This document shows, piece after piece, positions 7,065-13,014 of a stretch of 64,000 bases of DNA. A program made the translations under genes and the position numbers. Source of the stretch: a virus (taxonomy: Duplodnaviria > Caudoviricetes); the IMG/VR virus record IMGVR_UViG_3300023070_000001, positions 13,102-77,101 of that record; one strand, written 5' to 3'. Under the pieces are notes generated by a model, which had not been told where the DNA came from, did no database searches, and saw only the letters and a program-made list of their open reading frames with translations. Numbering within the stretch: the first letter of the stretch is position 1; every line of letters begins with the position of its first letter.

Positions 7065-8003
7065 CTACTTAACCTCTTGGTGACATAGTGGGCATTGCCC
7101 TGCATTAGTTAATAGTTTGTGTAGTTCGGTTTCGATATCTGATATGGCATGATCTAGAGTATTTATTTGATCGACTAACTCTTGAATCTTCTTTGTAGCT
7201 AGGATAGCAGACTTTAGGGCAGCTTTAAAGCCTCTGAGTTGATCCTGCACCTCTACTAGCTCAGACATACTAGGAGGCTCTGGAATTATTCTAACCTTGC
7301 TGAGGGCATCTGAGGCTTGTTGTGCCCTATCTACAGAGCTAGCTAGGTTGAGTTGCCAAGCATTGATATCTGAAAGTTCCTCCCAGATATCCTCTACCTC
7401 AGTCATCGTGCTAGCCTGAGCTTTAATATCTGTATATTCAACAATCTGCTTCATTACTGCTTCCTGGTCCTTCTTACGCAGGTTCAGTAATGTAGATGCT
7501 GCCTTTGCTTTCTTACTAGCTTTACTAACTGCTGCAAAGATAGTAGAGACATTTGTCAATTCCCCTAGAATCCTTGCAGCATTGCTAGATGTCTCAGTCA
7601 ATAGATAAGGTGCATCATGTTGACTAGCGAAACTTATCGACTTTACTTCTTTTGTGCTCGGCGGGATACCAAGAACTTCTGTAACTTGGGAAGGTACTTG
7701 ACGATTAAGCTTAGTAAAGCTGGATTCTTTGCTACCAATCTCAGTAATCTTGTAAACACTAGATCCTCCTACGCTTCTTTCAATAGTTACTGTAGCATTA
7801 TCTGTGGTAACCGCTACAGATGCATGTTTAGTTCCTTGCATTATATTATCGGAGTTCAATGAATTACTAGCGATGGCCTCGATAGCTCTGATTAAAGCTG
7901 ACTTTCCACTACTAGATGCACCGACAATTACAGTAAACTTTCCCAGTTCAATTTCTACATCTTGTAGACTCTGGAAATTCTTACATGATATAGAGTGAAT
8001 CAC
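7065..8003 (-). CDS. SbcC/Rad50-like ATPase N-terminal half (Walker A, coiled coil, terminal zinc hook)
   Basis: NFQSL, IVGASSSGKSALIRA, coiled coil, CPLC at the C-terminus. Confidence 0.85.
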   Translation of the reverse strand: MIHSISCKNFQSLQDVEIELGKFTVIVGASSSGKSALIRAIEAIASNSLNSDNIMQGTKHASVAVTTDNATVTIERSVGGSSVYKITEIGSKESSFTKLNRQVPSQVTEVLGIPPSTKEVKSISFASQHDAPYLLTETSSNAARILGELTNVSTIFAAVSKASKKAKAASTLLNLRKKDQEAVMKQIVEYTDIKAQASTMTEVEDIWEELSDINAWQLNLASSVDRAQQASDALSKVRIIPEPPSMSELVEVQDQLRGFKAALKSAILATKKIQELVDQINTLDHAISDIETELHKLLTNAGQCPLCHQEVK

Positions 8004-8020
8004 TAATCCTCCATACGCTA

Positions 8021-8054
8021 AGAGCCACCGAACCCTGTTCAGGCTGGTGGCTCT
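8021..8054 (-). terminator. Hairpin/terminator
   Basis: AGAGCCACC/GGTGGCTCT inverted repeat. Confidence 0.6.
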
Positions 8055-8063
8055 AGTATAGCA

Positions 8064-8246
8064 TCATTTTGCTATGATGTAACCCTTGCCCTCGCAAGGT
8101 CCACAATCTACAGCAACAAATTTATCAGAAGACTTAATAAACTTAACGTCTTTAAGTTTAGCCCTTGGAACTAAAATCTTTCCATCTTTACATGCTAAGC
8201 ACGTAACTCTGGAACCCTTTAAGGGTTTAGGATACTTACTACTCAT
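8064..8246 (-). CDS. DnaJ-type Zn-finger microprotein
   Basis: CLACKDG...CGPCEGKG. Confidence 0.7.
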   Translation of the reverse strand: MSSKYPKPLKGSRVTCLACKDGKILVPRAKLKDVKFIKSSDKFVAVDCGPCEGKGYIIAK

Positions 8247-8254
8247 TTAATTCC

Positions 8255-8551
8255 TCAGACTACGAAGTATCGTTTACCCTTACAGCCCTTGCAAGTATCT
8301 TTAACTGCAAGTTCACCTGTCTTCTTGTTAGCAGGTCTGACAAGAACAATACCCTTACCTTTACAGCCAGCACAAGTGATTTTATCACCCTTTTTAACTG
8401 TAGGGTATTTATCTTTCTTAACTCGCTGAACTGCATTTGCAGTGTTTACGCCAGGACGCTTGACCCTAGCAATAATATCATAGCAATCCTTACATCGTAG
8501 ATTATCTTGCGCATCTACAAACATGTTAAGGCCGTGCTTTTTACACTCCAT
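8255..8551 (-). CDS. Two-module Zn-finger protein (CxxH...CxxC plus DnaJ-type)
   Basis: CKKHG...CKDC; CAGCKGKG...CKGCKGK. Confidence 0.7.
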   Translation of the reverse strand: MECKKHGLNMFVDAQDNLRCKDCYDIIARVKRPGVNTANAVQRVKKDKYPTVKKGDKITCAGCKGKGIVLVRPANKKTGELAVKDTCKGCKGKRYFVV

Positions 8552-8669
8552 TATTTTTAGGTTTTCCCTTAATATGATTTGGAGTTAGGGCTCTACCACA
8601 GTGATAACATCGAGTAATACCCTTAGTAATAATTATTCTTTCGCCATGTTGTTCACATTTTTTAGGCAC
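8541..8669 (-). CDS. 42-aa Zn-finger microprotein (CEQHG...CYHC)
   Basis: GTG 1 nt after the tRNA-Arg(UCU) discriminator; similar to the N-terminus of the next gene. Confidence 0.6.
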   Translation of the reverse strand: MPKKCEQHGERIIITKGITRCYHCGRALTPNHIKGKPKNNGV

Positions 8670-8670
8670 G

Positions 8671-8743
8671 TGCCCCAGGAGGGATTCGAACCCCCAACCT
8701 GACGGGTAGAAACCGCCTGCTCTATCCATTGAGCTACTGAGGC
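8671..8743 (-). tRNA. tRNA-Arg(UCU)
   Basis: GGCGG-TT-TCT-AC-CCGTC. Confidence 0.93.
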
Positions 8744-8891
8744 ATTAGTTAACAGGGTGCCAGCCCTGCTTTTACCATTACGGTCCCCAAGGTCTCCCGA
8801 CCCTGAATAACGAATGCTGGCACATAAGTTTTTGGCCAACCGTACTTGCTAGTTCCATACATACGGGAAGTATACTAGCACCCCACCTGCG

Positions 8892-8967
8892 TGATCCATG
8901 TAGGATTTGAACCTACGCACTTCGGATTAAAAGTCCGCTGCTCTATACCAGACTGAGCTAATGGATC
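8892..8967 (-). tRNA. tRNA-Lys(UUU)
   Basis: GCGGA-CT-TTT-AA-TCCGA. Confidence 0.95.
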
Positions 8968-9038
8968 ATTAAATGAAATTGTTGGGAAAGGCTATGCCCT
9001 TTATTCCAAGGGGATGTCTATGCCCATACAATTTCAAG

Positions 9039-9113
9039 TGGTTCATCTCGGATTCGAACCGAGGATCTTCGGATTAAGAGGCCGCTGCTTTAGCCAGGCT
9101 AAGCTAATGAACC
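9039..9113 (-). tRNA. tRNA-Lys(CUU), mismatched anticodon stem
   Basis: GCGGC-CT-CTT-AA-TCCGA (C31.U39, G27.A43). Confidence 0.9.
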
Positions 9114-9181
9114 ATACATGATTTATCCATCACCAACTTAGGGTGGCACCCGCTTTATAATGGATTCGTTCACAGACGAGG

Positions 9182-9258
9182 TGGTGGATCGAGTGGGATT
9201 CGAACCCACGACCAATGGATTAAGAGTCCACTGCTCTATACCGCTGAGCTACCGATCC
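9182..9258 (-). tRNA. tRNA-Lys(CUU), CCA encoded
   Basis: GTGGA-CT-CTT-AA-TCCAT. Confidence 0.96.
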
Positions 9259-9274
9259 ATAATTGCCTTTCAAG

Positions 9275-9345
9275 TACCCGGTGACAGAATCGAACTGCCG
9301 TCTGCACGGTGTAAACGTGCGGCCCTCCCATTAGACGAACCGGGC
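9275..9345 (-). tRNA. tRNA-Val(UAC)
   Basis: GCACG-TT-TAC-AC-CGTGC; A73. Confidence 0.9.
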
Positions 9346-9346
9346 T

Positions 9347-9709
9347 TGGTGCCGTGGAAATTTTCAGATCAGCAAGAGCTTAAGTTAACTGACCCTATAT
9401 TCTAGACCGCATTATCGTTACCCACAGCTATAACAATCTAGAAGCTTAGCATAAATCGTAACACGGACTCCCACCGTTAGTCTAGCACACTTTCCCAGAT
9501 CCAAGATTTATGTATGTTAGAGTACATCTAGCACATTAGCATTTAATTAGCGCCCACATGGACAAGTAACTTACTGTGTACTCTAAATCTGTAAGAGTAA
9601 AGTGAAAGGAATTGAACCTTTCCAGCGGGTGCCCCCAATTTGGCTTAGCCTTAGTACCATACCTAAGCAGGAATCGAACCTGTTACTGCCATTTACTTCA
9701 CTCTTTACG
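9347..9709 (-). ncRNA. ~360-nt structured non-coding insert between tRNA-Ala and tRNA-Val (tRNA-like modules)
   Basis: No minus-strand ORF of note; two TTC(G/A)ATT T-arm hairpins, several long stems, 3' CCACGGC-A-CCA. Confidence 0.55.
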
Positions 9710-9782
9710 TGGAACCGGACGGATTCGAACCGTCATCCTCCTGATTGCAAAACAGGCGCTCTACCGTTGGAGCTACGATCCC
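9710..9782 (-). tRNA. tRNA-Ala(UGC)
   Basis: G3.U70; loop TT-TGC-AA; U31.U39. Confidence 0.95.
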
Positions 9783-9786
9783 ATAA

Positions 9787-9844
9787 TGTAAGTGGGCCGT
9801 CACCGCCAGGTGTCTGAGCTATGTACTCAGGAACATCACTTACA
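9787..9844 (-). ncRNA. Promoter-proximal stem-closed leader RNA L2
   Basis: TGTAAGTG...CACTTACA; internal CTGAG/CTCAG and CACC/GGTG hairpins; ends 4 nt before tRNA-Ala. Confidence 0.6.
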
Positions 9845-9850
9845 TCTACT

Positions 9851-9879
9851 ACCTTACACCATGTCTTACAGGCTGTCAA
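9851..9879 (-). promoter_or_regulatory. SigA-type promoter P2
   Basis: TTGACA-N17-TAAGGT. Confidence 0.85.
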
Positions 9880-9887
9880 GTACTTAT

Positions 9888-10097
9888 TTAGTCCTCGTCA
9901 GCCATGTTGTCATCCCAGCACTTACTGTCAACACCCGTAATCAGAAGTTCACGAGTATCAGCGGATAGCCCAGGAAAGGCAACCTGCACAAACTCACCTG
10001 ATTTCCACTTGTTAAAGCCATCCTCAGGTAGGTCGATCTTCTTCGACTTACCACAGAACATACACTTCTTAGTGGTGTAGCTTACTGTCTTGGTCAT
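9888..10097 (-). CDS. Hypothetical Zn-binding protein (leaderless)
   Basis: CMFCG; ATG 6 nt after the -10. Confidence 0.7.
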   Translation of the reverse strand: MTKTVSYTTKKCMFCGKSKKIDLPEDGFNKWKSGEFVQVAFPGLSADTRELLITGVDSKCWDDNMADED

Positions 10098-10103
10098 GTA
10101 AGT

Positions 10104-10132
10104 AGCTTATCCTACTCTGTCAGATTCGTCAA
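10104..10132 (-). promoter_or_regulatory. SigA-type promoter (leaderless)
   Basis: TTGACG-N17-TAAGCT-N6-ATG. Confidence 0.8.
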
Positions 10133-10135
10133 GTA

Positions 10136-10255
10136 CTACAGGAGAGTACAGAAACCATCTTTACTCTTGTGACCAGGGCAACCTTGTGCCTTGCATCGAT
10201 ACTTGCCCTTGCGGTGTGCTCCACCCTTGGGCTCTTCCCTCTTATCTTTTGCCAT
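10136..10255 (-). CDS. 39-aa Cys/His microprotein (CKAQGCPGH...FC)
   Basis: Hand-translated. Confidence 0.5.
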   Translation of the reverse strand: MAKDKREEPKGGAHRKGKYRCKAQGCPGHKSKDGFCTLL

Positions 10256-10264
10256 GAGATGAGC

Positions 10265-10888
10265 TTACTCTACTGTGGAGCCTTCGTCAACGGGGTAGAC
10301 ATCATAAATCTTGAAGTTCTCATGAACCTTGCTAGCGGTAGGGCCGCTCTGGTTTTGGTAGTGCGAGCCAGCAAATCTAGATCCATAAAGAATAGTAGAT
10401 GGCTGAGGTAGCTTGAAAAAGCATAACTGAGCAATCTTCATTCCAGGATACAATAGGATTGGTGTAGTACCGTTATTAGATAATTCTAGTGTAACAGTTC
10501 CCTCAAACCCTGGATCGATAAAGCCAGCAGTCGAGTGAATTTGTAAACCTAATCTACCTAAACTTGACTTACCTTCACACCTTGCAGTTATATTAGCTCC
10601 TAAAGCAATAGCCTCATGAGTTGAAGCGAGAATAAAGCTATCAGGCTTTATCTCAATAGCTGAACCCTTGGGTACGGTAACAGCTTGGAAATGATTAGAG
10701 CTATCTACTTTAGGATCTATTACATCATTGAAGGCTAGGTAATCAGGGTGAGTACGCCTCTGTACTAAAAATTCGCAGCTCAGAGTTACATCATAACTAG
10801 ATGGCTGCATTAATTCAGGATGGAAGGGCTCTATGACAATATTGTCAAATCGCTTCTCTTCTAAGATATCTCTATTAGATAATAGCAC
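10265..10888 (-). CDS. dcd: dCTP deaminase
   Basis: QPSSYDVTL, EGKSSLGRLGLQIHSTAGFIDPGFEG, TLELSN. Confidence 0.95.
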   Translation of the reverse strand: MLLSNRDILEEKRFDNIVIEPFHPELMQPSSYDVTLSCEFLVQRRTHPDYLAFNDVIDPKVDSSNHFQAVTVPKGSAIEIKPDSFILASTHEAIALGANITARCEGKSSLGRLGLQIHSTAGFIDPGFEGTVTLELSNNGTTPILLYPGMKIAQLCFFKLPQPSTILYGSRFAGSHYQNQSGPTASKVHENFKIYDVYPVDEGSTVE

Positions 10889-10979
10889 TCATGTCTCCCC
10901 ATGAAAATAGAGACCTCATCGACAGGCACCATAAAAGGTCTCGGCTAAATACAGCACCCTAGAGCTTGGTCTCTATTTT

Positions 10980-11354
10980 CTATTTAGTATGGCCTGCTTG
11001 AATCATAAGTGTAGCAATATCTTGACCATCTGGCAAGGTTACTGACGCTAATGTTCTTCCCATAGTAAATCCATACGACACAAGAGAAACAATTGTCCCT
11101 TGAGGAATTATTGCTTTCAAGTATGAAGTAGCTAATTTAGAGCGGGCCTTATCCTTAGTCTCAGGAGCGTCATACCACCCGCCATCAGGTAATGTAATTC
11201 TGATAGAGCAGTGACCTGGCTCACCTTCATCTATAGGATAGATCCTAACACCCCAGCCTAAATCTAAATATTCCATAGTGAATGTATCACCATCATGAAC
11301 AGATTTTACTGGACCTACAGCTACACGGACTCGTGTCTTGCGTATTTCTGACAT
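10980..11354 (-). CDS. SNase/thermonuclease-like nuclease
   Basis: VHDGDTF, DAPET, GRTLA motifs; start moved to ATG 11354 after GGGAG. Confidence 0.8.
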   Translation of the reverse strand: MSEIRKTRVRVAVGPVKSVHDGDTFTMEYLDLGWGVRIYPIDEGEPGHCSIRITLPDGGWYDAPETKDKARSKLATSYLKAIIPQGTIVSLVSYGFTMGRTLASVTLPDGQDIATLMIQAGHTK

Positions 11355-11494
11355 AAAAATACTCCCATCTATGTGATAGGAGTATCGGTTAAATATAGTA
11401 GGCAGTCCTGAGAGCATAGCACTCTACCAATCGGGTTTCCTCTACACTTCTGTAAGGGCTTCAGACTTTTCTCTAGTGCTAGACCTACTATAAG

Positions 11495-11574
11495 AGCCCA
11501 TAAGCGGAATCGAACCGCAGACAATTAGACTCGTTTTGCAGACGAGCAGCAGCCACCAGCTACTTTTTATAGGC
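11495..11574 (-). tRNA. tRNA-Cys(GCA), atypical (A8, expanded variable loop)
   Basis: CTCGT-CT-GCA-AA-ACGAG; U73. Confidence 0.85.
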
Positions 11575-11705
11575 ATTAAAATAAGGCTCCCCCGCTAACG
11601 GCTGAGCGACGGAAACTTTCAAGGCATTAGCTTATCCGAATTCAGCATATCCTTGACCGCTAGGTTCCCTTATTTAAGATTTACCCTTATCTTGTAATCA
11701 TAAAG

Positions 11706-11780
11706 AGCCGTCAGTGTGGCTCGAACACACTACTCATCGCATACCAAGCGAGGGCTTTAACCTGATTAAGCTACGACGGC
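11706..11780 (-). tRNA. tRNA-Thr(GGU)
   Basis: Loop TT-GGT-AT; acceptor GCCGTCG/TGACGGC; U73. Confidence 0.9.
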
Positions 11781-11973
11781 AAAACCTAAGGATATCTATT
11801 TGTGTATTTGATATCAATCTGTTAAATAAAACCTACAGAATAACTTAGGTAGTTGTTGCAAAGATTATGGTCTCTGTCCTTAGCAGCTTTGTCAGAGACT
11901 TGCTGGGGATCGCTATAGCATACATAAGCCCTTCCCCTCCAGCGACATTATCCGGTCTGCATAATCTATTGCG

Positions 11974-12044
11974 AGCGGATAGCCGGGTTCGAACCGGCGA
12001 GAAATGATTGGAAATCACTTATGTTACCACTACATCATATCCGC
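11974..12044 (-). tRNA. tRNA-Gly(UCC)
   Basis: AGTGA-TT-TCC-AA-TCATT; U73. Confidence 0.93.
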
Positions 12045-12116
12045 ATAAACGGTTTTTCAGCGGCGTACTAGACGTGGTGGGACTTGCTCCGCTGAGCTGC
12101 AACCGAAAATCTCCCG

Positions 12117-12187
12117 AGCGACATAGGGGAATCGAACCCCTGTATACTGCATGGCAAGCAGTCGCACTACCATTGTGCTAATATCGC
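12117..12187 (-). tRNA. tRNA-Gly(GCC)
   Basis: ACTGC-TT-GCC-AT-GCAGT; U73. Confidence 0.95.
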
Positions 12188-12192
12188 ATCTT

Positions 12193-12378
12193 TCAATCTA
12201 GCAAAGTGCTAGAGCTTAAAAACATCCAAGCTTTAAATTCATTGCTTGTCATATTGTCTTCATCATGACGACGCTTCAATTCTAAAGCTGAGATACCCAT
12301 TCTGTCAAGCATATCTTTTACCAGAGAATCCCACTCGTCTTGAGTTAACTCAACTACATTAATAGGTTCATTACTCAT
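12193..12378 (-). CDS. Hypothetical protein
   Basis: ORF track; ATGA coupling. Confidence 0.65.
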   Translation of the reverse strand: MSNEPINVVELTQDEWDSLVKDMLDRMGISALELKRRHDEDNMTSNEFKAWMFLSSSTLLD

Positions 12379-12509
12379 ACTGTCCCCATATTTACCTTGC
12401 CTTTATTACACTTAGCATGGCACTTAAGTTCTTTCCATTTTCCAGGTTTTATTTCTTTTTGAATCACACCATAACCTTTACAGGTCTGGCACATTATCCA
12501 CTTGGCCAT
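12375..12509 (-). CDS. 44-aa DnaJ-type Zn-finger microprotein (CQTCKGYG...CHAKCNKG)
   Basis: ATG 1 nt after the tRNA-Asp discriminator; the longer ORF-track start overlaps the tRNA. Confidence 0.65.
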   Translation of the reverse strand: MAKWIMCQTCKGYGVIQKEIKPGKWKELKCHAKCNKGKVNMGTV

Positions 12510-12510
12510 G

Positions 12511-12583
12511 CGCTCCCGAGGGGAAGTCGAACCCCCACCTGTTGATTGACAATCAACTATGCTAACCTTTACACCACGAAAGC
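12511..12583 (-). tRNA. tRNA-Asp(GUC)
   Basis: GTTGA-TT-GTC-AA-TCAAC; G73. Confidence 0.95.
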
Positions 12584-12687
12584 TTGACTGGACCGATAGC
12601 TCTTCAGCATGTTTTGATTCTGCTAGATTGGAGCCTAGCATACTCTCCACAAATATAACACCTGCTCGGTCCTACACAGGCTTAATG

Positions 12688-12760
12688 TATCCACAAAGGG
12701 ATTTGAACCCCCGACCTCTTCGTTCGTAGCGAAGCGCTCTATCCACTGAGCTATGCGGAC
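12688..12760 (-). tRNA. tRNA-Arg(ACG)
   Basis: CTTCG-CT-ACG-AA-CGAAG. Confidence 0.95.
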
Positions 12761-12764
12761 TTGA

Positions 12765-12830
12765 TGTAAGCGATCCGGTAGTCTGCTCATTCGCGGCTTT
12801 CCGTCTTAAGGGCTTCTAACCTCGCTTACA
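12765..12830 (-). ncRNA. Promoter-proximal stem-closed leader RNA L3
   Basis: TGTAAGCGA...TCGCTTACA; ends 4 nt before tRNA-Arg(ACG). Confidence 0.6.
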
Positions 12831-12836
12831 AGTACT

Positions 12837-12865
12837 ACCTTACCTCATCGGTAAGTCTTTGTCAA
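12837..12865 (-). promoter_or_regulatory. SigA-type promoter P3
   Basis: TTGACA-N17-TAAGGT. Confidence 0.85.
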
Positions 12866-12871
12866 GTGGCT

Positions 12872-12977
12872 TATTAGCGAGATCGAGTAACCCCTGCCAC
12901 TATATGCAGAATACGGGTCCTCAGCGCACCTCGTTCCTCACAAGGTCGCCACACCTTGCTTCACTACCTCGCTAACA
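12872..12977 (-). ncRNA. Promoter-proximal stem-closed RNA L4
   Basis: TGTTAGCGAG...CTCGCTAATA; internal CAAGGT/ACCTTG and CTGC/GCAG hairpins. Confidence 0.6.
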
Positions 12978-12983
12978 AATACT

Positions 12984-13012
12984 ACCTTACATCAACTCTA
13001 GCAGAGTGTCAA
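12984..13012 (-). promoter_or_regulatory. SigA-type promoter P4
   Basis: TTGACA-N17-TAAGGT. Confidence 0.85.
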
Positions 13013-13014
13013 GC

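Noticed and set aside
8815-8823. GTGCCAGCA resembling the 16S rRNA 515 region
   Set aside because: A 9-nt match only, with no other rRNA similarity.
8633-8839. ORF 8633-8839 and the 5' extensions of 8541-8729, 4000-4269 and 12375-12650
   Set aside because: They run through tRNA genes; better starts exist downstream.
8972-9037. C-TTG-started 22-codon ORF after tRNA-Lys(CUU)
   Set aside because: It coincides with a long hairpin and the peptide is unconvincing; not counted among the tRNA-adjacent leaderless ORFs.
9347-9709. Canonical tmRNA
   Set aside because: No GGGG 5' end pairing with the 3' end, no G3.U70, and no T-arm next to the CCA; kept only as an unassigned structured RNA.
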